Of a DNA stretch of 43,294 nt, positions 9,889 to 18,375 are shown piece after piece. The position numbers were made by a program, and so were the translations under genes. Where the stretch lies: IMG/VR virus record IMGVR_UViG_2609460053_000008; one strand, 5' to 3'. The DNA comes from a virus (lineage: Duplodnaviria; Heunggongvirae; Uroviricota; Caudoviricetes). Position 1 is the stretch's first letter, and each line of letters begins with the position of its first letter. The notes under the pieces were generated by a model. It was not told the origin of the DNA. It saw nothing but the letters and a program-made list of their open reading frames with translations, and searched no databases.

Positions 9889-9965
9889 TTGAAATTAATC
9901 GTGCCGGATTGTTTTGTTCGGTATCAGTTAAATGTAACGCTGCGAGCGTTACAAGGTGAAAACAA

Positions 9966-10760
9966 ATGGCTTCAAACTGGATAAAGCTCGAGGTTATTAC
10001 GCCGGATAAGCCGGAAATATTCAGGCTTGCTGAGATTCTGAATATTGATCCAGATGCCGCATTAGGGAAGGTTATTCGCTTCTGGGCATGGGCGGATCAA
10101 CAAATGATAGACGGTAATGCAGATTGTAACGCTCGCGGCGTTACAAAAAGTGCAATAGATCGCATCACTTTTATGGCTGGTTTTGCTGATGCGTTAATTC
10201 AGGTTGGATGGCTGGTCGAAAATGACGGTGGGCTTTCTCTACCTAACTTTGAACGTCATAACGGGAAAAGCTCTAAAAAACGGGCGGTTACAAACGAGCG
10301 AGTTACAAAAATACGCGAACTGAAACGAAAAGGTAACGCTGCCAGCGTTACACAAACGGATCAAAAAGCGTTACCAGAGGAAGAGGAAGAGGAAGAGGAA
10401 GATATAAATACTGATCTCCCCCTAAATCCCCCTCGCCAAAAACGAGCGTCTAAAAAATTCGAGCCGGAGGCTATCGAGCTGCCTGACTGGTTGCCGGAAA
10501 CACTCTGGCATGAGTGGGTTCAGTTCAGGCAGGCATTGCGAAAACCGATTCGAACGGAGCAGGGCGCTAACGGGGCGATACGGGAGCTGGAAAAATTCCG
10601 CCAGCAGGGTTTTACACCTGAGCAGGTGATTCGACACAGCATCGCCAATGAATACCAGGGCCTGTTCGCGCCGAAAGGTGTTCGGCCTGCGACGTTGCTC
10701 CGACAGGTTAACACCGTCTCGTTGCCGGACAGTGCGATCCCGCCAGGTTTCAGGGGGTAA
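9966..10760 (+). CDS. Putative phage replication initiation protein
   Basis: 264 aa directly upstream of the DnaC-like loader; contains acidic run EEEEEEEED encoded by (GAAGAG)n. Confidence 0.5.
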   Translation: MASNWIKLEVITPDKPEIFRLAEILNIDPDAALGKVIRFWAWADQQMIDGNADCNARGVTKSAIDRITFMAGFADALIQVGWLVENDGGLSLPNFERHNGKSSKKRAVTNERVTKIRELKRKGNAASVTQTDQKALPEEEEEEEEDINTDLPLNPPRQKRASKKFEPEAIELPDWLPETLWHEWVQFRQALRKPIRTEQGANGAIRELEKFRQQGFTPEQVIRHSIANEYQGLFAPKGVRPATLLRQVNTVSLPDSAIPPGFRG

Positions 10761-10766
10761 CAGACC

Positions 10767-11513
10767 ATGAAAAATATTGCGACAGGAGGCGTTCTGGAGC
10801 GTATCCGCAGACTGACCCCACCACATGTAACCGCCCCATTCAGAACGGTTGCGGAGTGGCGCGAGTGGCAACTTGCTGAAGGCCAGAAACGTTGCGAGGA
10901 GATCAACCGCCTGAATCGTCAGTTGCGGGTGGAAAAAATCCTGAATCGCTCTGGCATCCAGCCGTTGCACCGCAAATGCTCGTTTGCGAATTACCAGGTG
11001 CAGAACGAAGGGCAGCGATACGCGTTAAGCCAGGCGAAATCCATCGCCGATGAACTGATGACCGGGTGTACAAATTTTGCGTTCAGCGGAAAACCTGGTA
11101 CCGGGAAGAATCACTTAGCGGCAGCTATCGGGAATCGCCTGCTGAAAGACGGTCAGACAGTGATTGTGGTTACCGTGGCTGATGTTATGAGCGCCCTGCA
11201 CGCCAGCTATGACGACGGGCAGTCAGGCGAAAAATTTTTGCGGGAGCTGTGCGAAGTGGATCTGCTGGTTCTTGATGAAATTGGCATTCAGCGCGAGACG
11301 AAAAACGAGCAGGTGGTACTGCACCAGATTATTGATCGACGGACAGCGTCGATGCGTAGCGTGGGAATGCTGACAAACCTGAACTATGAGGCCATGAAAA
11401 CATTGCTCGGCGAGAGGATTATGGATCGCATGACCATGAACGGCGGGTGTTGGGTGAATTTTAACTGGGAGAGCTGGCGTCCGAATGTCGTCCAGCCAGG
11501 AATAGCGAAGTAA
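10767..11513 (+). CDS. DnaC-like helicase loader (IstB-type AAA+ ATPase)
   Basis: Walker [14 protein letters not shown] and Walker B LLVLDEIG. Confidence 0.8.
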   Translation: MKNIATGGVLERIRRLTPPHVTAPFRTVAEWREWQLAEGQKRCEEINRLNRQLRVEKILNRSGIQPLHRKCSFANYQVQNEGQRYALSQAKSIADELMTGCTNFAFSGKPGTGKNHLAAAIGNRLLKDGQTVIVVTVADVMSALHASYDDGQSGEKFLRELCEVDLLVLDEIGIQRETKNEQVVLHQIIDRRTASMRSVGMLTNLNYEAMKTLLGERIMDRMTMNGGCWVNFNWESWRPNVVQPGIAK

Positions 11514-11535
11514 TTTTTACCGGGAGAAAAATTTA

Positions 11536-12297
11536 ATGGAGACTGTTTTTGACGCACTGAAAGCAATGGGAAAAGCCACATCCATAGAACTTGCTGCGCG
11601 ACTTGATATCAGTCGTGAAGAAGTGCTGAACGAACTATGGGAACTGAAAAAGGCTGGTTTTGTTGATAAAATCGCGTACACCTGGCGTGTGGCTGATAAC
11701 AACGTTCAGCAGGAACAGCCAGAGCAGGCAGAACTGCCGGAAGAAACCACCACGGCAACAGTAGCGAAAATCTCAGAGTGCGATTTAACCGCGACGATTG
11801 AACAACGTGGCCCACAAACGGCGGATGAACTGGCTACGTTTTTCGGCACCACATCACGCAAAGTGGCTTCAACGCTGGCAATGGCAATCAGCAAAGGCCG
11901 TCTGATTCGCGTTAATCAGAACGGTAAATTTCGTTACTGCATGCCGGGCGATGATTTACCAGCAGAGCCGAAAGCTGCATCGGTAACGGAAACTGATGGT
12001 AAAGCCTTTCCTCAACCAGCAGGTGTTGCGTTACCGGGACAGGAAGCTGCAACACAGGAAGATATTAAAACAGAAACTGTGGCGGACATTGTGCAGTCGT
12101 TGCCATCGTTTACCGAAACGCGAGCGGATGACCTCGTTCTGCCATCGCTGCATATGGCAAACCGCGAACTGCGTCGGGCGAAAAATCATGTCCAGAAGTG
12201 GGAGCGTGTCTGCGCCGCGCTGCGGGAGCTGAACAAGCACCGGGATATTGTTCGACAGATTACTGATTCTTCTCGCTGTGTTGCATCGGAAAAGTGA
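11536..12297 (+). CDS. Hypothetical phage protein with N-terminal winged-helix-like region
   Basis: 253 aa ORF with GGAGAAA RBS. Confidence 0.5.
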   Translation: METVFDALKAMGKATSIELAARLDISREEVLNELWELKKAGFVDKIAYTWRVADNNVQQEQPEQAELPEETTTATVAKISECDLTATIEQRGPQTADELATFFGTTSRKVASTLAMAISKGRLIRVNQNGKFRYCMPGDDLPAEPKAASVTETDGKAFPQPAGVALPGQEAATQEDIKTETVADIVQSLPSFTETRADDLVLPSLHMANRELRRAKNHVQKWERVCAALRELNKHRDIVRQITDSSRCVASEK

Positions 12298-12312
12298 TTG
12301 CCGGAGGCGCTT

Positions 12313-12736
12313 ATGGCAAAAGTATTTACACAAGAAGAGCGGGAAAAAAATCAAGGGACAGGTTGTTGAGCTAGTACGCCGGAGTGGGCGCGAGACGTTA
12401 CGGCAACTGGAAGCCAAGACAGGTGCGACAAGATATCTGATGAGCGTTCTCGCAAGAGAGCTGGTTGCCAGCGGCGATGTATACAACTCCGGCTACGGGT
12501 TATTCCCCTCTGAACAGGCGCGTAAGGACTGGCAAAACGCCCGCAAAAAACTCTCGAGGGCAAAGGTGAAGAAACCTGCTGTGGTTGATCCGGACCTTAT
12601 CTGGTCATCACCTGACGGAGAAATACGTCGCTACGACAGTCGCCTAAACATAATCTGTCGCGAGTGCCGGAAGAGTGAAGCTATGCAGCGTGTACTGGCT
12701 TTCTATCAGGGTAATTTTCAGGAGGCGGTACTGTGA
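12313..12736 (+). CDS. Hypothetical protein; RBS-backed ATG at 12313 is out of frame with the long ORF (A7 tract 12344-12350), or an internal start at 12440
   Basis: GGAGG-ATG at 12313 reads MAKVFTQEEREK then stops at 12367; long frame has no start codon between 12298 and 12440. Confidence 0.4.
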
Positions 12737-12793
12737 GTGAAATTAGCTATCAGGCTTCAATTACCGCTGGCATTCGCATCAAAGGAGAGGAGC

Positions 12794-13150
12794 ATGGAAA
12801 TAAAACCAGAGGATGAGTTAAGCAATATCGTTTTATTTCCGGTAAAAGAGGATGACCCTCGTAATCAGGTTAATTTTCTTTATGAGCCATCGGAAAGACC
12901 ATATTGTCATCACGCCTCTGTCCGGGTTGACGAAAAAGAGCGTCAGGTCCGCTGTAAAATCTGCGGTGCAGTTGTGGAGCCATTTGACTGGATGCTCTCT
13001 GTGGCGAAAAGAGAAACCAGACTGGCAGATGATGTAAGGCTCTTGCGTCAGGAGGAGCGGGAAAGGCGAAAAAATATAGAAAAGCTAATTCAGATTGAGC
13101 GTAACGCGAAAGCGCGGATACGCAGGGCGACAAAATCCAGAACTGAATAA
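12794..13150 (+). CDS. Hypothetical protein with Cys/His-rich motif and basic coiled C-terminus
   Basis: AGGAGAGGAG RBS before ATG (MEIKPEDEL); C-x-H-H...C-x2-C. Confidence 0.5.
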   Translation: MEIKPEDELSNIVLFPVKEDDPRNQVNFLYEPSERPYCHHASVRVDEKERQVRCKICGAVVEPFDWMLSVAKRETRLADDVRLLRQEERERRKNIEKLIQIERNAKARIRRATKSRTE

Positions 13151-13243
13151 TTAAATTTAGCTCTGTTAAAAATTTAATCCTTAACCGGAGGGATTTCTGC
13201 ACCCTCAGAATATCAGGAGGCCGCCCGAAAGGGCGGTAGTTAA

Positions 13244-13426
13244 ATGCGAAAGTTTAAAATAATTATTGAAACGGGAATAGCCGGTGGAGATTTCGAGGAT
13301 GAATTCGAAGTGGATGATGATGCGACGCCTGATGAAATACATGACGAAGCAAAAGATATTTTCTTTAACTACTGCAATTACTCATATCACGAAATAAAAG
13401 ACGAAGAGGAAGAACAAAATGGCTGA
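13244..13426 (+). CDS. Small highly acidic protein (60 aa)
   Basis: ORF rich in D/E (EDEFEVDDDATPDEIHDE...KDEEEEQ). Confidence 0.45.
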   Translation: MRKFKIIIETGIAGGDFEDEFEVDDDATPDEIHDEAKDIFFNYCNYSYHEIKDEEEEQNG

Positions 13427-13595
13427 TTTTGGTTCAACTAAATACAACGTCAGTTTTGAAGAATGGCATGAACTGTTAATGGACTATGCAGAGTTACGTG
13501 GTGGCAGTGCTGCTGATGCTGAAGCATGGCGTGATGATTATGAAGCAGAAAAAACTCCGGTCGAAGCATATTGTGATGAGTGGGGCGATGAATGA
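13419..13595 (+). CDS. Small acidic protein (58 aa)
   Basis: Hand-translated MADFGSTKYNVSFEEWHELLMDYAELRGGSAADAEAWRDDYEAEKTPVEAYCDEWGDE; start overlaps upstream stop (ATGGCTGA), stop overlaps next start (ATGA). Confidence 0.45.
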   Translation: MADFGSTKYNVSFEEWHELLMDYAELRGGSAADAEAWRDDYEAEKTPVEAYCDEWGDE

Positions 13596-13849
13596 GCGAG
13601 GTTAATTATCAGGAAGGGCATGAAACGGCGGGGCAAGCAAAAACAGTGGCATGGCGATATCGCTACGTGAAAAAAAAGGCGTTACGGACTTTCAGGGGAA
13701 GTAGTGGTCTGGTGACTGGAAATATGTACCGAAAAAAGAGGATTGTAACGACAGGCCGAACTATGAAATTCAGGCCTTATTCACTGCCCCGCCAGTCCCG
13801 GTTACATCAGAAGAACTGGTTAAAGCTGTGCACTTTTATGAACAACTAA
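13592..13849 (+). CDS. Questionable ORF; alternative frame is more protein-like but is interrupted by TAG at 13702
   Basis: Start coupled to upstream gene; product highly basic; see findings. Confidence 0.25.
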   Translation: MSEVNYQEGHETAGQAKTVAWRYRYVKKKALRTFRGSSGLVTGNMYRKKRIVTTGRTMKFRPYSLPRQSRLHQKNWLKLCTFMNN

Positions 13850-14078
13850 AACGCGAAAATCCACCAGCATCCGGAAACCTGATTACAGATTCCCAGATAA
13901 GGCAATGAGCTACCTGGCGCAGAACGGGCTGATAAGTATGGGGAATGTTTTACGATGAATATTTAGACTAAAGAGTTTGTAACGCTATGTAAGTGATTTT
14001 TTCTGGTTTAGATATTTATATATCCGGCCAAATTGAGGTGTGTTTAAATGTAATTGCACATTGATTGTAGGAGGAATA

Positions 14079-14258
14079 ATGAAAAACGCATTGCAGTTTT
14101 TGTTTGTTGCGTTCTGGTTGTTCGTATCATGTATGCCCATCATCTTCACAGCAAGGTATATGGAAAAAGTTGATGTTTTGATATTAATATTTGGATATAT
14201 AAATGCCCTTTTTTTAGGGGTGTTCATGGCGGTCATGTGCATTGAATACTGGCGGTAA
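14079..14258 (+). CDS. Small hydrophobic membrane protein (59 aa, two predicted TM helices)
   Basis: AGGAGG RBS 5 nt before ATG; MKNALQFLFVAFWLFVSCMPIIFTA...VLILIFGYINALFLGVFMAVMCIEYWR; AT-rich island. Confidence 0.5.
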   Translation: MKNALQFLFVAFWLFVSCMPIIFTARYMEKVDVLILIFGYINALFLGVFMAVMCIEYWR

Positions 14259-14460
14259 ATACAGCGAACGCCATTGGTTTAGTTGGATATTTACTGTGCC
14301 GGACAAAAACGGTTTGCGGGGAAATCTTAGTTAAGTAGAATGACTGCGGGTGCTTGAGGCTATCTGTCTCAGGCATGAACACCAAAAGGCAGATAGAGAA
14401 AAGCCCCAGTTAACATTACGCGTCCTGCAAGACGCTTAACATTAATCTGAGGCCATATCT

Positions 14461-14520
14461 ATGCGACACATAGAGATTAGCCTCTTACGGACCGAAAGGT
14501 CAAGGAGAAGCAGGCTATGA
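14461..14520 (+). CDS. mok: mok-like leader ORF overlapping the hok start
   Basis: 19-codon ORF MRHIEISLLRTERSRRSRL ending in TGA that overlaps hok ATG (CTATGA). Confidence 0.4.
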   Translation: MRHIEISLLRTERSRRSRL

Positions 14521-14672
14521 AGCAGCAAAAGGCGATGTTAATCGCCCTGATCGTCATCTGTTTAACCGTCATAGTGACGGCACTGGTAACGAGGAAAGAC
14601 CTCTGCGAGGTACGAATCCGAACCGGCCAGACGGAGGTCGCTGTCTTCACAGCTTACGAACCTGAGGAGTAA
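14517..14672 (+). CDS. hok: Hok/Gef family type I toxin (51 aa)
   Basis: MKQQKAMLIALIVICLTVIVTALVTRKDLCEVRIRTGQTEVAVFTAYEPEE; hallmark TRK(D/S)LCE motif; matches recalled HokD/RelF. Confidence 0.8.
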   Translation: MKQQKAMLIALIVICLTVIVTALVTRKDLCEVRIRTGQTEVAVFTAYEPEE

Positions 14673-14742
14673 GAGACCTGGCGGGGGAGAAATCCCTCGC
14701 CACCTCTGATGTGTCAGGCATCCTCAACGCACCCGTACTTAA

Positions 14743-14761
14743 CCCGCTTCGGCGGGTTTTT
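14743..14761 (+). terminator. Rho-independent terminator after hok
   Basis: CCCGC-TTCG-GCGGG hairpin followed by TTTTT. Confidence 0.65.
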
Positions 14762-14946
14762 GTTGCGTGCTGAATGTGCAGGGTGAAAAATAACCATATA
14801 TTTGATTATATACACAACAAAAAATAAAAGTCATTGTACCTGCACATTAAACAATCAAATATACGGCGTGAAATAAATATTTTTCAGATTAATATTTTTG
14901 TCTCTATGTGGATATAACCGTTTGTACTTATAAACCTGGAGGCATC

Positions 14947-15159
14947 GTGGAAAAAATAAAAAAACTATTTAGTAGCAAATACGCAGTCATACGTCGTGAT
15001 GACTTGTCAGTTATAGTCGAAATGGATTACTTCCCTGAAACCACAAAATCAATGATGTATCGTAATGGTCGAAAGGCAATTTTTTTACCGATGAGGGTAA
15101 GTGACATTATGGGAAATGATAAACTGCTGGATGAATTGCGAGTCAGAGCATCCTGTTAG
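14947..15159 (+). CDS. Hypothetical protein (70 aa, GTG start)
   Basis: GGAGG 5 nt upstream of GTG; preceded by AT-rich promoter-like region. Confidence 0.4.
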   Translation: MEKIKKLFSSKYAVIRRDDLSVIVEMDYFPETTKSMMYRNGRKAIFLPMRVSDIMGNDKLLDELRVRASC

Positions 15160-15230
15160 TATTGGCATTAATTCTGGTATACTACGTAACGGGCTGAACA
15201 CCCATTCTACTGCGCCAGCGGAGAACTACG

Positions 15231-15830
15231 ATGGCGCATATACAACTGGTCAAACAAACCTCTTCCGGATTACTTCTCCCGGCGACGCCGGAGAGTTGCG
15301 ATTTTTTGCATCAAATCAAAATAGGTGAGTGGATACACGCAGACTTTAAGCGTGTGCGTAACTACGCATTCCACAGGCGTTTTTTCAAACTCCTGCAGCT
15401 CGGATTCGATTACTGGACTCCGGTCGGTGGGGCGATCACGCCTCGCGAACGAGAACTGGTGTCTGGTTTCGTTGATTTCCTATGCGAATCAGTAGGTCGG
15501 GAACATACGCCAGCCCTGAGTGATGCTGCAGAGCAATACCTTAATACCGTTGCGACGCGTAGAACCCGTGATACGGCATTGCTCAAGTCATTTGATGCCT
15601 TCCGTGAATGGGTAACCATTCAGGCCGGATTTTACACCGAGCATTTTTATCCGGACGGTAGCCGTGGGCGTCGGGCAAAATCCATCGCGTTTGCGAATAT
15701 GGACGAAACCGAGTTTCAGCAGGTTTATAAAGCCGTACTGAATGTGCTGTGGAACTGGATCCTGTTCCGTAAATTTTCCTCTCCGGAGGAAGTCGAAAAT
15801 GTGGCCGCGCAGCTGCTGGAGTTTGCGTAA
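15231..15830 (+). CDS. Nin-region protein (DUF1367/YbcN-like)
   Basis: 199 aa; position upstream of YbcO-like and Q genes; family recalled, not verified. Confidence 0.45.
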   Translation: MAHIQLVKQTSSGLLLPATPESCDFLHQIKIGEWIHADFKRVRNYAFHRRFFKLLQLGFDYWTPVGGAITPRERELVSGFVDFLCESVGREHTPALSDAAEQYLNTVATRRTRDTALLKSFDAFREWVTIQAGFYTEHFYPDGSRGRRAKSIAFANMDETEFQQVYKAVLNVLWNWILFRKFSSPEEVENVAAQLLEFA

Positions 15831-16120
15831 TGGTGGATTTACGTAAAGCGGCGCGGGGGCAGATGTGCACCGTCAGAATTCCTGGCTACTGCAACCACAA
15901 TCCCGAAACTTCTGTGCTGGCGCATTACAGGCTGGCGGGGACGTGCGGAACAGCGACAAAACCACACGATATGCAGGCAGCGATTGCCTGTAGCTCATGC
16001 CACGATTTAATCGACGGGCGGGTAAAAACCAGCGATTACACCAAAGAAGAATTACGCCTGATGCATGCAGAAGGTGTTTTTCGCACACAAGAAATCTGGA
16101 GAAAGGAAGGTTATTTATGA
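15830..16120 (+). CDS. YbcO-like putative nuclease (DUF1364), Cys-rich
   Basis: MVDLRKAARGQMCTVRIPGYCNHNPETSVLAHYR resembles DLP12 YbcO; ATGG start overlap with upstream stop. Confidence 0.6.
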   Translation: MVDLRKAARGQMCTVRIPGYCNHNPETSVLAHYRLAGTCGTATKPHDMQAAIACSSCHDLIDGRVKTSDYTKEELRLMHAEGVFRTQEIWRKEGYL

Positions 16121-16671
16121 TTTACCCAACAAATACAGGCAAAAGCGGGGAACACCTTCGTCTCACCACGCTGGAAAGTGTCTGGATTCAGGGAAAACTG
16201 CGCATGTGGGGGCGCTGGTCGTATATTGGCGGCGGTAAGACGGGAAATATGTTTAACCAGTTGCTGACCTCTAAAAAGCTGACAAAAACGGCAATTAACG
16301 AGGCGCTCCGGAGGATGAAAAAAGCAGGTCTGGACAAACCTGAACTTGAGGCTTTTTTGCGGGATATGATTAACGGCAAGCAAAAGAGCTGGCTGGCACA
16401 TTGTACTGATTCAGAGGCATTAATAATCGACAGGGTTATTGGAGAAGTGTTGGCAGAACACCCAGGATTGATTTGTATCCTCCGGCAACGATATGAAGGG
16501 AGGGGGATGACTAAGCGAAAAATGGCTGAATTGCTGAATGATTCACACCCTGAGTGGTGTTACGCCACGTGCCGTAATCGCATAGATGCGTGGTTGAAAA
16601 TGGCAGAGTTTATGCTCTATCTGCCGATGCGTGATGCATTCTCTTCCGGGGATTTAAAAACCGTCTGTTGA
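16117..16671 (+). CDS. Late-gene antitermination protein Q-like
   Basis: 184 aa; ATGA overlap with the upstream gene; immediately followed by a PR'-like promoter and a short transcript terminator; upstream of lysis genes. Confidence 0.55.
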   Translation: MIYPTNTGKSGEHLRLTTLESVWIQGKLRMWGRWSYIGGGKTGNMFNQLLTSKKLTKTAINEALRRMKKAGLDKPELEAFLRDMINGKQKSWLAHCTDSEALIIDRVIGEVLAEHPGLICILRQRYEGRGMTKRKMAELLNDSHPEWCYATCRNRIDAWLKMAEFMLYLPMRDAFSSGDLKTVC

Positions 16672-16697
16672 CTCAATCTGTTATCCGGGGCTATATT
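16668..16697 (+). promoter_or_regulatory. PR'-like late promoter (TTGACT-N18-TATATT)
   Basis: Near-consensus -35/-10 overlapping the Q stop codon. Confidence 0.55.
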
Positions 16698-16758
16698 CCT
16701 CACGCGCCAGCAAAATCTGGCGTCGGGATTAGCACCCCGGATGTTTACGGAGCGATAT

Positions 16759-16780
16759 GAGACGCGCCCGCGTCTTTTTT
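16759..16780 (+). terminator. tR'-like terminator about 75 nt downstream of the late promoter
   Basis: GACGC-GCCC-GCGTC hairpin followed by TTTTTT. Confidence 0.6.
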
Positions 16781-16944
16781 CATATCGTTTGCACAGTCAC
16801 ATTCGCGATTTATGGCGGGCTGTGTGGGGGAGCCGAAAGGCTCGCCGGTTTCCGTACCCGGTAGTGCTAACCCCGCACAGTTCGCCACCACGATGATTAG
16901 CACCTGACGGTGGCGATAATGTCCAAATGTACGGAGTTATCGTT

Positions 16945-17526
16945 ATGGCTACTCAGATTTCTGTCGAAACTCTTTCCCCAATTACACACAACCAAATTCC
17001 CGTTATCACTACCGAGTTACTGGCACAGCTTTACTGTACCGAGATCAACAACATCAAAGTAAATTACACCCGTAATTCCGAGCGTTTTGTTGAGGGTAAA
17101 CACTTTTTCAAGGTTGTTGGTGATGAGTTGAAAAATTTGCGGGTTACTTTAAGTAACTCACAAAATTTGCAACCATCTTTAAGAGGGTTACAAATTTCCC
17201 CGAAAGCCCGCTCCCTCATCCTCTGGACAGAACGCGGAGCAGCCCGTCATGCCAAAATGCTCGAAACCGATCAGGCGTGGGATGTGTTCGAAAAACTGGA
17301 AGACTGCTATTTCAGACAAAAGGATCCGTCAGCGCCAGTTTCATGCCAGAAAAGTTACGACACGCGAGTTCTCTGTTATCAGCAAGGCGGTGTCACTGTT
17401 TCCACAATTCAGTTGCGGGATGATGATATTGTTATTTCCCTTGAGTCATGGCTGGAACTGGCGAGAGCCAATGGTTGGTTTGTTGTTCGCAGAGATAAAC
17501 TGGTGGAAAGGCTGATGCAGCTTTAA
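16945..17526 (+). CDS. ORF6N/KilA-N-like domain protein, putative antirepressor-like
   Basis: N-terminal ITTELLAQLYCTEINNIKVNYTRNSERFVEGKHFF resembles the ORF6N domain; sits in the Q-to-lysis slot. Confidence 0.4.
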   Translation: MATQISVETLSPITHNQIPVITTELLAQLYCTEINNIKVNYTRNSERFVEGKHFFKVVGDELKNLRVTLSNSQNLQPSLRGLQISPKARSLILWTERGAARHAKMLETDQAWDVFEKLEDCYFRQKDPSAPVSCQKSYDTRVLCYQQGGVTVSTIQLRDDDIVISLESWLELARANGWFVVRRDKLVERLMQL

Positions 17527-17663
17527 AAAAGTTCTTGCAATTTTAGCCATAAACTGCTTCAATTCCGGTACGCTTCGCAAAGCTTTATCGCGAGGCGAAC
17601 CAAGCGCATAAACTTTACCAGAACCCGCCATTGAGCGGGTTTTGTTGTTTCTGGAGAACACCC

Positions 17664-17894
17664 ATGAAATTTTATGAATTATCTTCTGAGTCCCGATCTC
17701 AGGCCAAAATCACACTGGGTCAGTTGATTGTGGCTCGGGCTAACACCGGGATGGATGATTTTGAAAATTTGGGGCATTGCATCGCTGCCGCGTTTATTGC
17801 GATGGAGCGCCATGAAAGCGCCCCTGAGGTTGGTGAGGGGCGTAGCGGGAACGGAATACCCGTTAATGGCGATCAAAACTCACTTCTTGATTAA
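17664..17894 (+). CDS. Hypothetical protein (76 aa)
   Basis: GGAGA RBS; 3' end overlaps the convergent 17880-18157 gene. Confidence 0.4.
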   Translation: MKFYELSSESRSQAKITLGQLIVARANTGMDDFENLGHCIAAAFIAMERHESAPEVGEGRSGNGIPVNGDQNSLLD

Positions 17895-18157
17895 ATGCCA
17901 TGAGCGATCTGCCGCCTGGGTGACTAGCACCCGAGGGTTCTTTTTTATTGTCCCAGCGATGGCTACAACTTCATCTCGGACTGCGCGAGCAGATGCGTTT
18001 TTTTCGGCTGTGTACTCAGCGTCAGGAAGATAAAACCAGTTTCCAGCTCCATCTTGAATTTCGCGAAAGTATCTTCGGGATTCCATCGCCTCATGAAGGC
18101 GATTGTAGTCATCGGATGATGCACCCACAAGCTCAACGCGGACAGTAAAACTAGCCA
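17880..18157 (-). CDS. Hypothetical protein (92 aa), opposite strand to late genes
   Basis: AAGGAG RBS before ATG (MASFTVRVELVGASSDDYNRLHEAMESRRY...). Confidence 0.5.
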
Positions 18158-18375
18158 TATATACTCCTTTAATTGATATGGTTACTTTTGGCGATTTAAC
18201 GATATCAAACACGAGGATATACCGCCAGAAGCTTAATCTGGCACTCCATCTGGCCCCGGCATGTCCCGGGGCTTTTTCGTTGTTAGGCTCCGGAAACATC
18301 CTCGACTTCTTGTGAGCAAGCCTGAGAGCCTGAATCTTACATTTAGCACCATCCGAACTCTCGGAGGTGAGGCTT

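Noticed and set aside
10377-10403. Short tandem repeat (GAAGAG)n, considered as a possible CRISPR or VNTR
   Set aside because: It lies in frame inside the replication gene and simply encodes a poly-Glu stretch; no spacer/repeat architecture.
10422-10970. 182-aa and 128-aa minus-strand ORFs across the replication genes
   Set aside because: Antisense to two translationally coupled genes with clear motifs (Walker A/B).
12248-12312. ATG at 12248 as the start of the 162-aa ORF
   Set aside because: It lies inside the preceding gene and yields an implausible N-terminus ([21 protein letters not shown]); no RBS.
16813-16889. Possible tRNA gene (77 nt, closing stem plus 3' CCA) downstream of Q, where Stx-type phages carry tRNAs
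   Set aside because: No canonical T-loop (GTTCRANYC) or D-arm could be fitted, and no anticodon arm with a 7-nt loop; retained only as an unclassified structured element.
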